Of a DNA stretch of 64,000 bases, positions 51,401 to 58,651 are shown one piece after another. The notes beneath the pieces were generated by a model. That model ran no database searches, was not told where the DNA came from, and worked only from the letters and a program-made list of their open reading frames with translations. Position 1 is the first letter of the stretch, and every line of letters begins with the position of its first letter. Location of the stretch: the NCBI GenBank assembly GCA_034670305.1, contig JAXMNT010000007.1, positions 1-64,000 on the forward strand, given 5' to 3'. This stretch comes from Deltaproteobacteria bacterium. GTDB taxonomy: Bacteria; Myxococcota_A; Polyangia; Polyangiales; Houyiibacteriaceae. The position numbers were made by a program, and so were the translations under genes.

Positions 51401-53722
51401 GACCTTCGGGGCGCATTCCGGGCGTACCAAGAAGTGGTCGAACGCGACCCGGCGAACGACCCCGCCCTCGATGGGCTCCAGCGTCTCGGTCAGAACCCCG
51501 AGCTCGCGCTCGAGGTCGTCGACACGTTGGAGGGTGCCTTCCGAGAGACCGGGTCTTTGGAACGCATCGCCGGTCTCTACGACATCCGGATCAACCTCGC
51601 CGACACCGACGGCGAGCGTGTCCGCATGCTCCAAGAAGCAGCGCGGCTCTGGGAAGAAGAGCTCGGCCAGCCCGCGAAGGCGCTCGAGTCGCTGCGCAAA
51701 GCATTCGAGATCGATCCGCGCGACGAAGTCTTGCTCAGCGACATCGAACGTCTTGCGGCGGCTTCGGGCGCCTGGGAGTCGCTGCGTGGCCTGGTCGAGG
51801 CCGTCGAGGCCGCCGGGGATGCGGACCGTGATCTTCTGCGGGACCTGAACCTGCGCGCCGCGGTCTGGTACCGAGACCACCTGGGGGACAACGCCTCCGC
51901 GGAGGCCCGGCTTCGCTCTGCGCTCTCGTCGGACCCCGAAGCCGCTTCTGCGCACGAACAGCTCGCGGCCTTGCTCCGGGTTCCCGACCGGGAAGCGGAC
52001 CGGATCGCGGCACTGCGGGCCTGGGCCGACGTCGAGATCGACGACTTCGCGAAGAAGGAGCGGCTGCGCGAAGCCGCCCGCCTGGCAGAGACCGCCCTCG
52101 GCGACAGCGAGACCGCGGCCCGTTGCTACGAAGCCATCCTGGACGTCGACCCCTCGGACGTGAACGCGATCGACGATCTCGTGCGCATCCGTCGCGAAGA
52201 GAGCCGCTGGGGCGACGTCATCAAGCTGCTCGAACGCCGCGTCGAGCTGGAGATGGAGCCGGTGGTCCGCCTGGACCTGCGCCGCCAACTGGCGGCCATC
52301 TTCGCCGGTCCGGTGGAAGACGCCGAACGCGCGACCGCCGCCTACGAACACATCCTCGAAGAGGCGCCGGAAGACGTCGAGGCCATCGACGCGCTCGAGC
52401 CTCTCTACGAAGCCGACGAGCGCTGGGACGACCTGCGATCGCTGCTCGACCGAAGGCTGGATCTCGCGACCACCACCGAAGCGCAGATCAGCGCACGCGT
52501 CCGACTCGCCCGCCTCGCTGAGAAGGCGTTCGGCCGGCGCGACGATGCGATGTCGCAGTTGCGCGAGATCCTCACCATCGATCCCACCAACCTGGAAGCG
52601 ATGGACGAGCTCGAGCGCCTGCTCGAAGCGGAGGAGGACTGGGACGACCTGGCGACCCTGCTCAAGCGCCGCGTCGCGGACGCGGCTGCGGTGGGCGACG
52701 TCGGTCGTCAGAAGGCCACGCTGCTTCGGCTCGCGGCACTGCACGAGGACCATCGAGACAGCCCGGACGAGGCGGCCGGCGTGCTCGCCAACGTGCTCAC
52801 CCTCGATCCCGAGAACGCCGACGCGGTCCGCAAACTGGTCTCCCTCCACGAGACGGCGGGTCGCTGGCAAGACGCGGTGCAAGGACTCGAACGCCTGCTT
52901 CCGCTGCTGCAACCCAACGAAGCGGTTCAGACCTGCCACAAGATCGCGGACATCGCGGAGGACCACCTCCAAGATCCGTCCCGCGCCTCTGGTGCGCTTC
53001 GGGCCGCCTACGACTTGCAACCGACCGCGACCACACGGGAGCTGCTCAAGGGCCACCACGAGAAGCATGGCTCCTGGCGGGAGTTGGCCGAGATCCTGGA
53101 GACGGAGACCGACGCGCTCGAGAACGACGCGGAGAAGGTCGCGCACCTCAAGCGGATCGCCGACCTCTACATGGAGAAGCTGGACGATGCGGCGACGGGG
53201 GTTCAGTTCCTCGAGCGGGCCGCCGCACTGACGCCCGACGACCGGGAAGTGCTTCTGCCGCTCTGCGACTTGTACATCGCGGCTGGTCGGCAGCAGGACG
53301 CGGTGCCGGTGCTCGAGAAGATCATCGAGAGCTTCAAGGGCCGACGCAGCAAGGAGCTGGCGACCTTCCACCACCGGCTCGGCATGGCGCTCTACGGCAT
53401 GGGAGACGGGGAGGGCGCGATGAGCCACCTCGACTCCGCGTTCAAGATCGATCTCACCAACGTCGCCATCCTCCGCGACCTCGGCAAACTCTGTCACTCG
53501 AACGGCGACCTCAAACGGGCGCAGAAGACTTTCCGAGCGCTGCTTCTGCAGAAGCTCAAGCCGGACTCCGGCATCACGAAAGCGGACGTCTACTTCTACC
53601 TCGGCGACATCTCCCACAAGGACGGAGACGCGCGCAAGGCCATCTCCATGCTCGAGCGGGCGCTCTCCGAGGACAAGGAACACGCACAGGCGACCGAACT
53701 GCTCGCGCAGCTCAAGGGTTGA
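42482..53722 (+). CDS. giant tetratricopeptide-repeat protein (3,746 aa), AgmK/GltI-like
   Basis: Continuous ORF of repeated units (A...Y..VL..DP....AL.ALERLY....W..L..VL), no signal peptide; size and repeat style match myxobacterial AgmK-type proteins. Confidence 0.85.
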   Translation: MASLTVSNYLGMLQDDPENRESFEGLRDVLASGDPALLGDQPMRLLEAARHEHEKHGETQAVAWLIELESSHSDDDPRFQAALCKELGRIKHEELLDDAGALEAYARALELKPGDEDVEVAIEEIEQSAEKWRAIADRFIDEAKDASDASLKASMLARAAGLVWQHRTKGRNKEVDKLFKRALAADPSSTRAARLYCVTLRNREKFAEMAEVLRTTADAARGRDDKLMLYLHAARVSLHQLADRPAAAGCYERVLDFVPGHEEALRFLVEHFTRQEEWDHLVALYEDALRSRQKLESEQGILLQIGMVHWRIRNAPKQAEPYFARLRKIDPAHPGMLGFYREYLTALADHEDSDIASDASIRLLTILTDAQRVANDESLKVELAVELARAAQRTDATERAIDAWKSVQRIDPTHEEAGQALRGLYRRGQKWNALVEVMRAELDALPANSEDDALRSRRVELLRELIVIYRDELKLDVMVINTWNALLEEDPSDPEGLAQLAATYEGMGRWNDLIQVLTKQVDATDDTTEKVSLLSRIAGLWIDRFANYNQATTPLEAVIDLEPENRDALSQLKTIYTKKRSWKQLYAVLEKESQLASDPEARLAMKLELAKLAGDRLHQHAEAIQLWRSILEEAPDTEGAIPTLEKLADREKDWTTLAFVLELRVDREDGDKGKIKVLQKLGGVYGEHLDDPAKAADTWKRILEVDPKNGRALRTLREAFLKGQDWDGLEALYAEAEDWEGLVDVLGSAAERTDDPQVTVTLSFRAAAVYEEKIGKPERAFRSYERVLKVEPNNLEAARALVPIYEAQEKWPQIVAMKEILIGGMDDDADKLVAADELRALYAERLRDEAGAFEWAKLAYELSPDDAEMQGHLETAAGAAGSWEELAAVYQKRLADDATSDDTKLALGRRLATISGERLGKTDEAISQLERVLEGDPSDVETLKLLDGLYRAEGRTEDLRRLGEHRLEHALDDASRRDALVDLAHLEEDVLEDADAAAARYRKVLELDAEDTEALGALDRLAVLAERWDELVDVLRRRILIAEEDDQAELGVRLGDLLRSHTGDNRGALQAYAEVLHIQPRSGRAILGLEAVAEADPELVLETGRHLEPAYESTNQWEKLASVLKARLRATEDGDDKRALRLRLAELQSTTLGDTEGAYNALEAAFLDRPSDVELWDRLAAAADAGGKHEALVLAFATGIEAGGLGAADVAQLSGRVAEIYDVVLGRPPEAEPFHKRVLQDDPLHERAFLALKELYTDGERWDDLQMLYRNRIAETVDGDSKRELLLQVCFLFEEILEDPLLAIRSYQEVLELDPDHEPSRAALNRLYRRSEQWRDLVALLRQDVDRTMDDDRARLALTFEIGELHEQKLEDPGVAVDCYEQVLEASPTHVKAQQALERLIDVGAQRQRVAAILEPLYETQGAWAELARVLAVQLEAVSDPGSRVGLLTRLAALREDKLGDSEGAFSAFADAVTTDPADATSRQELGRLATLRGADRERAEVLETAAASADGYLKAEILLELARLWDDQVGDREAAERTYTKLIEVDGDNPDSVLPAARALERIHLANDDHPKLAEDLRLQIKLNYDPDEKRGLLIRLALLLEDVLEDVPGAIAAQRQRLDLDPDDTDALRALERLYEREGEWQKLVGVLQSRDSATTDAGEQETIAQRIGEIYETKLDDADDAIVAYNDALSRFGPSEGTLIALARLYAGSEKWDDLLEILEMKLERATADDERADLHFRMAQLMRTRTGDVERAVEVYAEVLSLSPGHPGAVEALEEVITNPNADFRVEAARTLVPFYTEQGRHGDLVGALEVVAETDDPTEKLQALRRASEVAEMGLEDEGQAFRLTAAAVRAALGEGNLGPMLADLERHAVSAEKHAEHAELLEAIAPDILDGDLQTEALMRCALVVRTRLEDRSRARALYQRVLDHRPEHRPALDALEELHAEVDDHHALLDILRRKTDLADSPEARIALLERQAQICEDHTGDLVSAIDAYEQVLGEQDTRREGYEALRRLYAKAERWPDLSATLERQLEAGAGDPVEVRYELGRVSLQRLNDAYVALDHLREALALDSGHEPSIALLESMMAQDEHRGDAAEILEPVFLGRMDWPKVTSTLEARISSTDAPEDKKPLLAKLGQIHEDYLEDLEGALAVYIRLFQSDPADRGSWETLARLSRILESHDAVAAAYGGVVERGGVVDEDTAELARMAGRLYDDKLGDAEHATGIWTKVLEFEPTDREAFEALERGYGKLERHDALLDLFRRRVDYGESDEERVQLLHKIAALHEQREETEEAIAAFRRALEFDPADATATQALDRLLGGAARWDDLADHLRFRIDNAAGTDAEFELKHRLGVLLSEQLGEHERAIDVFEEIVVERPNHQKTIESLEGLVTREALRGRLTQILEPLYRAQDQWMKLVAVLEARVNLAEHPADQAPILAEIGRLHEDRGSDPGRAFVAWTRAFVCDPQDDAARGEVDRLAGLLEAWDALIAAYEEALRKSDDPMLGSRLLGVIARVHDERRGDPRSAIETYERLAAHDQEDLTALDALEALHTMVGDWRGLVEVLDRKVERTYEPEARAELLRQAASVLEELLGDPKGAIVLYQRASDEDPNDVIALEALDRLYASSSNDEKLAEVLLRRMEADPDVETRVELGQRLAQLYETQLDRPHDAIDVFVRVLEMDPQNTPSVTGLGRLYERQAMWPELLDNLKLRAGLAESSTDRVALIHRAGAVTERELDDVLEALVLYQQVLDIDNRHEPSLQALVRISHLEDYRLQAAEILEPLLHVHERWDLLADLKKLKADAATDPFDKKAELSALAQVRESGLQDTQGAFDAYAAAFAEDPADEDIAEHLERLAAMTDGYGRLADELSTRAGGALDPVVARGLFERLARIAEERLDDPARAIDAYARALEQVGDDEDLLAALDRLYVKTENWSALVEVLERRTNLADDPTERAAQRVRLGEIRETHLGDLRGAFRAYQEVVERDPANDPALDGLQRLGQNPELALEVVDTLEGAFRETGSLERIAGLYDIRINLADTDGERVRMLQEAARLWEEELGQPAKALESLRKAFEIDPRDEVLLSDIERLAAASGAWESLRGLVEAVEAAGDADRDLLRDLNLRAAVWYRDHLGDNASAEARLRSALSSDPEAASAHEQLAALLRVPDREADRIAALRAWADVEIDDFAKKERLREAARLAETALGDSETAARCYEAILDVDPSDVNAIDDLVRIRREESRWGDVIKLLERRVELEMEPVVRLDLRRQLAAIFAGPVEDAERATAAYEHILEEAPEDVEAIDALEPLYEADERWDDLRSLLDRRLDLATTTEAQISARVRLARLAEKAFGRRDDAMSQLREILTIDPTNLEAMDELERLLEAEEDWDDLATLLKRRVADAAAVGDVGRQKATLLRLAALHEDHRDSPDEAAGVLANVLTLDPENADAVRKLVSLHETAGRWQDAVQGLERLLPLLQPNEAVQTCHKIADIAEDHLQDPSRASGALRAAYDLQPTATTRELLKGHHEKHGSWRELAEILETETDALENDAEKVAHLKRIADLYMEKLDDAATGVQFLERAAALTPDDREVLLPLCDLYIAAGRQQDAVPVLEKIIESFKGRRSKELATFHHRLGMALYGMGDGEGAMSHLDSAFKIDLTNVAILRDLGKLCHSNGDLKRAQKTFRALLLQKLKPDSGITKADVYFYLGDISHKDGDARKAISMLERALSEDKEHAQATELLAQLKG

Positions 53723-53734
53723 ACGAAGACCGGC

Positions 53735-54601
53735 GTGACTGAACTCCGGTACGTCTCGATCGATGGAACGCTCGTCGGGGCCGACGCGGCGCGCATTCCG
53801 GTGACCGACCGCGGGTTCTTGTACGGAGACTCGGTCTTCGAGACCTTTCGCACCTACGACGGCCGAGCCCATGCGCTCGACCGACACCTGGCCCGACTGG
53901 TCCGGTCGGCCGCGGCTGTGGAGATGGCGCTTCCGGTCGCCATCGATGTTCTGGCGGACGAAGTCCGCAGCCTGGTGTGCGCCACCGACCAGGCGCTTCG
54001 AGTGCGCCTGATGGTCACCCGCGGGGATGCAGCGGGTCTTGCCGAGACCGGACCGGCCCGTCGGGTGATGCTCGGCTACCGCTTCGAGCCTCATCCAGAC
54101 GACCACTACACGGCGGGTGTCCCTGTGCGGCTCGTGGAGGGCGGCCGATTTCTCGCGGGCGCCAAAGCCGGCAGCTACCTGCTGAGCGTGCTGGCGACGC
54201 GCGAGGCCCGCGCCAAAGGGGGCTACGAAGCGATTCTCGTGGAGGACCTGGGCCCGGGCGGGCAGGTCTGGGAGGGCGCCACGAGCAACGTGTTCGCCGT
54301 GGTCGATGGGGTCTTGCGCACCGCATCGACGGGGGTGCTGCCCGGCGTGACGCGCGGCATCGTGCTGGAGTTGGCGGCAGAACTCGGTCTGACGGTGGCC
54401 GAGGGACCACTTCGAGTGGCGGACCTGCGCGCCGCGAGCGAGGTCTTCCTCACCAGCGCCACCCGCGAACTGATGCCGGTCCGGTTGCTCGACGAACAAC
54501 CACTCTCGCCCGGACGGGTCCAGGCGGCTCTGCACGAGCGCTACCGCGCGACGCTCCAGGGTCGGCTCGATGGATCATCGGCGGACGGAGCGTCGAGGTA
54601 G
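53735..54601 (+). CDS. PLP fold-type IV aminotransferase (PabC/IlvE-like)
   Basis: DRGFLYGDSVFET, HLARL, TRG, K in GAKAG, EGATSNVF, LPGVTR, EVFLTS. Confidence 0.9.
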   Translation: MTELRYVSIDGTLVGADAARIPVTDRGFLYGDSVFETFRTYDGRAHALDRHLARLVRSAAAVEMALPVAIDVLADEVRSLVCATDQALRVRLMVTRGDAAGLAETGPARRVMLGYRFEPHPDDHYTAGVPVRLVEGGRFLAGAKAGSYLLSVLATREARAKGGYEAILVEDLGPGGQVWEGATSNVFAVVDGVLRTASTGVLPGVTRGIVLELAAELGLTVAEGPLRVADLRAASEVFLTSATRELMPVRLLDEQPLSPGRVQAALHERYRATLQGRLDGSSADGASR

Positions 54602-54626
54602 GCCAGGGCCCCAGGGCCCGGAGGCG

Positions 54627-54755
54627 CTACTTCTTGTCTTTGTGGATCGGGAAGCTCGGCGTGGTGCCGTTCTTCTCGAGCTTCTTCTTGCGCTTCTTGC
54701 CGGCCTTGCGTGATTTGTTGAGGCGGCGCGTCTCGGTCTTCTTGGTGTCACTCAT
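54627..54755 (-). CDS. small highly basic protein (42 aa), below the ORF-track cutoff
   Basis: Manual translation MSDTKKTETRRLNKSRKAGKKRKKKLEKNGTTPSFPIHKDKK*; mostly G/C-ending codons (AAG, ACC, CGC). Confidence 0.7.
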   Translation of the reverse strand: MSDTKKTETRRLNKSRKAGKKRKKKLEKNGTTPSFPIHKDKK

Positions 54756-54836
54756 GAGGGGAGGCGGATTAGCGCGCCGCGGACAGGGTTGCAAGCCCAA
54801 CCGACCCCGCCTGAGCCAGCGAACGGCCAGCAGTCT

Positions 54837-56039
54837 TCAGTGGAGGGTGTGGTCGTGGCCGTCGTGTTCGATGGTGGGGATGCCGGGTTCGCGCCCCTGG
54901 GGTGGGTCACCGCTGGTGACGAAGGTGGGGCCATGCTCGGCGAGCCGTTCTTCGAGCAACGCCTCGATGCGCGCCATCGCCTCGTCGTGCTCGGCTTCTT
55001 CTACGCCCATCTCAGCGACCTTCGAGTGATGCTTCTTCCGCCGCCGGCGCCAGGCCCAGACGAGGAGAATGGACGCGATGACCCAGAAGGTCGTGCCTCC
55101 GAGCATCAGCGGCACGCTGCTCATGCGGGAGCCGATGTCCGCGAGCCACTCGCGTTCGAGCTGGTTGGAGCTCAGCGCGTATGCCTCGAGCATGGCCGCC
55201 TCGAAGGTCTCGCCTTCTTCCAACTTGTCGATGAGGTTCTTGAACCGGGTGTCCGCCCGGGTCTGGCGGCGTAGAAAACCCACGAGGTCCGCGGACTGCG
55301 CGTAGGCGAGGGAGACCGCGCCCTGTTCGTCCGGGAAGGAGCCTTCGACCTGGTCGAGTGGGAGCAGGGCATCCTGCACGTGGGCCATCCACAAGGTGCG
55401 GAACCGCTCCATCGAACGTTCTCCGCTGTGATGGATCGCGACGCCTTCGACGAACCAGCGCGGCATGCGCGCAAACCCCACCGCCCGACGCAGGGCCACG
55501 TGGGAGAGTTCGTGCACGAAGATCTCGTCGACGCCGGGAGGCGAATGCGCACTGGCACCCGCCGTCAGCGAAACGAGCACGACGCCCCAGTTCGGGTAGG
55601 CCACGCCAGTGGCGTACTCGGGCGGCGGCGCACCTTCCGGCGCCAGCGCGCGCATCTCGTCTGGGTTGCGTGCGATCCGGATGACGATCGCGTCGTCGAC
55701 GTCCACGCCGAGGTCTGCCTCGATCCCTGTCCACTCGGTGTCGCGAATCGTCTGGAGTCGATGCACCGTCGAGCGGACGTCGCGCGGGTAGGTCCACGTC
55801 ACGCCGCGAAGTTCCACGGTCTCGAAGTCCGCGGGAGGATCGGGCAGATGGGCTTCGCCCCGAACCCGAACCAGATCGAACTGCGCATGGGACACGCTGG
55901 CGATTGGCACGAAGAAAACGAGCAGCACGGCGAGCAGTGCGCCGAGCCGCGGAACCAAACGTCGAACCCAACCAAGGTGCTGTCCCATCAGACCGCGGGA
56001 TGCGGCGGTGTGGTTTGGCGTTGGTCGGTGCGTGGTCAC
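54837..56039 (-). CDS. peptidase MA-like (gluzincin) membrane-anchored metallopeptidase (alternative start 55988)
   Basis: Signal peptide, GVAY, HELSH...PRWFVEGVA, AYAQS, C-terminal TM plus basic cluster. Confidence 0.82.
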   Translation of the reverse strand: MTTHRPTPNHTAASRGLMGQHLGWVRRLVPRLGALLAVLLVFFVPIASVSHAQFDLVRVRGEAHLPDPPADFETVELRGVTWTYPRDVRSTVHRLQTIRDTEWTGIEADLGVDVDDAIVIRIARNPDEMRALAPEGAPPPEYATGVAYPNWGVVLVSLTAGASAHSPPGVDEIFVHELSHVALRRAVGFARMPRWFVEGVAIHHSGERSMERFRTLWMAHVQDALLPLDQVEGSFPDEQGAVSLAYAQSADLVGFLRRQTRADTRFKNLIDKLEEGETFEAAMLEAYALSSNQLEREWLADIGSRMSSVPLMLGGTTFWVIASILLVWAWRRRRKKHHSKVAEMGVEEAEHDEAMARIEALLEERLAEHGPTFVTSGDPPQGREPGIPTIEHDGHDHTLH

Positions 56040-57007
56040 TCGGCTCCCGCACGAAAGCGTAGCACTGGGGGAGGCAGGGAGTCGTCGCGGCGCCCGCGAA
56101 TGATGAAGAACGCCACGACCCCCGCCAGAAGCAGCCCCCCGACCAAGTACGCCCAGTTCTTCCGGAACCAGGCCCGTGCCGGGGGGATTTCGGCGTCTTC
56201 GGTCTCGGCGGCGACCGAGGCGCGGGCAGCGACACGCGGCGAGAGCGTGTCCTCCCCGTGTTCGCGTCGATGGGCCGCACCGGTGGCCCGCACCACGAAG
56301 CGCGCGCTCTCGGCCATGGGATGCAGCGGGTGGGTCTCGCGGTAGAACGCCCGTGCCCCGACATCGAACACTTCGACCTCGATCCGTCCGTTGGTGCGTC
56401 GCAGCACCACAACCGCATCCGCGCCCGCCATCCGCCCCAGGCGCGTCAGCCCCGGCCCGTCTTCGTCGCCGAATCCGAGCGCCCGCCGCTCGCGGCGGAC
56501 CCGCTCGAGCCCGTCTTCCCCATCCGCTGGCGCCCCACGAAGCGCCCGCCGCAGGCCACCGTCCGAAGGCAGCTCCAGCCGCCGCCCAAGCACCCGCTCG
56601 AACCCCGCCGCACCCTCGCGGAGCCCGGAATCGGGATCCCCCGCCACGACCACCACCACCTTGCCGGTCCCCCACGCGGAGTCGGCGGCTACGGCTTCGG
56701 AATCGGCCTCGGAATCGGCCTCGGAATCGGCTTCGGAATCGGCTTCGGAATCGGCTTCGGAATCGGCTTCGGAATCGGCTTCGGAATCGGCTTCGGAATC
56801 GGCTTCGGGATCGGCTTCGGAATCGGCTTCGGAATCGGCTTCGGGATCGGAATCAGCTTCGGAATCAGCTTCAGAACCGACTTCGGAATCAGCTTCGGAA
56901 TCAGCCGCGACGTCGGTCTCCGACTCAGCCTGCGCCTCGACGTTCGCCGACGACACCGACCCTGCCAGCCACACACCCACCACGACCCACAACCACCGCT
57001 GGTTCAC
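56036..57007 (-). CDS. secreted/membrane protein with (EADS)n acidic repeat
   Basis: GTG overlaps the truA stop; signal peptide; EADS repeats; C-terminal WFRKNW plus TM. Confidence 0.72.
   Translation of the reverse strand: MNQRWLWVVVGVWLAGSVSSANVEAQAESETDVAADSEADSEVGSEADSEADSDPEADSEADSEADPEADSEADSEADSEADSEADSEADSEADSEADSEADSEAVAADSAWGTGKVVVVVAGDPDSGLREGAAGFERVLGRRLELPSDGGLRRALRGAPADGEDGLERVRRERRALGFGDEDGPGLTRLGRMAGADAVVVLRRTNGRIEVEVFDVGARAFYRETHPLHPMAESARFVVRATGAAHRREHGEDTLSPRVAARASVAAETEDAEIPPARAWFRKNWAYLVGGLLLAGVVAFFIIRGRRDDSLPPPVLRFRAGAE
56693..56905 (-). repeat. coding 12-bp tandem array GAAGCCGATTCC (EADS)
   Basis: (GGAATCGGCTTC)n on the + strand; same unit as 8231-8441. Confidence 0.9.
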
Positions 57008-57882
57008 GACTTCACCGCAGCCTTCTTGTGGTCGCCGCGGCCCAGCGCGATCTCTACGAGTGTCAGCCCGTGGGCGGGCGCGGTGGGTCCGCTCTGATGG
57101 CGCGACGCTTGATCCGAGAGCAACCAATCCATGCGTTCCGGTTCCGTTCTGCCGCGACCCACGTCGACGAGGGTGCCGGCGAAGATGCGAACCATGTTCT
57201 TCATGAACGCGTTCCCACGGATTTCGATCGCGAGCGAATCGGCGCGCCCACCGAAGCCAGGGAGAATCTCGATGGAGTGCATCTTGCGCACGGTCTGTTC
57301 ACGGTCGTCGCTCATCGCACGGAATGCATGGAAGTCGTGTTCCCCGACCAAACGTGACGCCGCGTCCCGCATCCGGTCGAGATCCAGGTAGTCCTCGATG
57401 GTCGCCCGGCGCAGCACGTGACCGTCCTCGCCGCGCGGGAGGTCGCGGCGGCCCATCCGTCCACCGAGATGCCACGCGATGCGGCGGGTCGACGGGTCCC
57501 GAACGTGCCCCCCGCGAATCAAGTAGCGGTAGAGTTTGTGTCGGCTGTCGTGCCGTGGATCGTAGCGCCGGTCGACGAAGCCAGCCGAGGTGACCACCAC
57601 GTCTTCGGGCAGCAGCCCATTGAGGCCAACGGTCCACGCGGTGAGCGGGAGCTCCTGATCGACCCCGCACGCAGCGACCTGTCCGAGCGCGTGTACGCCC
57701 GCGTCGGTTCGGCTGCATCCGCGCACCCGCGAGTGGCCGACTCCGAGTGCGTCGATCGCTGCCTCCAGCGTCTCCTGGACCGTGCGCACCCGTGGCTGGG
57801 CCTGCCAGCCGTGGAAGTCGGTCCCGTCGTAGGCGACCGTCAAGCGGACCCCGAACGGGTACTGGGGCGGCTCCTTCGCCAC
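57004..57882 (-). CDS. truA: tRNA pseudouridine(38-40) synthase
   Basis: YDGTDFHGWQ.Q, SRTDAGVHALGQ, GEHDF.AF, GNAFMKNMVR, TAPAHGL.L. Confidence 0.95.
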   Translation of the reverse strand: MAKEPPQYPFGVRLTVAYDGTDFHGWQAQPRVRTVQETLEAAIDALGVGHSRVRGCSRTDAGVHALGQVAACGVDQELPLTAWTVGLNGLLPEDVVVTSAGFVDRRYDPRHDSRHKLYRYLIRGGHVRDPSTRRIAWHLGGRMGRRDLPRGEDGHVLRRATIEDYLDLDRMRDAASRLVGEHDFHAFRAMSDDREQTVRKMHSIEILPGFGGRADSLAIEIRGNAFMKNMVRIFAGTLVDVGRGRTEPERMDWLLSDQASRHQSGPTAPAHGLTLVEIALGRGDHKKAAVKS

Positions 57883-57913
57883 TAGCGGTTCTCTCTGCCC
57901 AGCGCGGCGCGGA

Positions 57914-58651
57914 CTAGAACGTGATCCCGAGACCGATCGTCCAGGCGAGCGAGGTCCCGAGGTCCACGGTGCTGTCTGCCGTCGATCCGAAGATCTCCAC
58001 GAAGAGCGCGCTGTGGTTGATGCCCCATTCCTGGTCGAGCATGGCCGCTCTGCGGCGATCGAGAAAGTCGAGTTCGAGCGCGAACTGAACAGCCCAGCGC
58101 AGGCCGAAGGAGCTGCCGCTTCCGGCCGTGCCGCCGCTCGACTTGAAGAAGATCGCATCGAGGCCGACCTTGCCGGTGACGACGAGCGGAACGTTCAGCT
58201 CCCGAGCGAGGACATCGACCCGGAGCACCGCCATCAGGGCGACGGGAAAGAGTTTGAGCTGTCCTTCTTCGTCGAGTCGCTGAGTGCAGGCCGCATCGAG
58301 GCACAGCCCCGCGGAGTAGCGCGCCCAGCCGCCCGAGACGCCACCGCCGATGAGGCCGACAAACGGAATCCGGTAGGCGAAGACGTCGAACTCCAGCTGG
58401 AGCAGCGGGCCGTGGTCGTCGCCGAAGATGGCCTCCACCGCGCTGGTTCCGTCGGCCAGCCGAGCGCCTGGGTCGTAGGTGCCGATCTTCAGTTCGAGCC
58501 CGAAATGCTCTGGCGTCGAACGCCGCGACCGCGAACGAAGTTCGTCCGAGTACTGAGCCTCGACCGTCGTCGAAGCGAAGAGACTCCCGGCCGCCAGCAG
58601 GAGGGTGAACGTGGAGCGCAACGCGGTCTGGGCGGGGTGCGGAAGGTTCAT
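57914..58651 (-). CDS. small outer-membrane beta-barrel protein (MXAN_2562-like)
   Basis: Signal peptide, alternating amphipathic strands, LDFLD...A..LD.EWGINH, C-terminal GLGITF; ATGA overlap with the upstream CTERM gene. Confidence 0.72.
   Translation of the reverse strand: MNLPHPAQTALRSTFTLLLAAGSLFASTTVEAQYSDELRSRSRRSTPEHFGLELKIGTYDPGARLADGTSAVEAIFGDDHGPLLQLEFDVFAYRIPFVGLIGGGVSGGWARYSAGLCLDAACTQRLDEEGQLKLFPVALMAVLRVDVLARELNVPLVVTGKVGLDAIFFKSSGGTAGSGSSFGLRWAVQFALELDFLDRRRAAMLDQEWGINHSALFVEIFGSTADSTVDLGTSLAWTIGLGITF

Noticed and set aside
46880..54535. 2,551-aa ORF on the minus strand (also 42296-45097, 20164-23229 and the + strand 16266-19499)
   Set aside because: Antisense shadows of real high-GC genes; no motifs, and stop-codon scarcity on the opposite strand explains their length.
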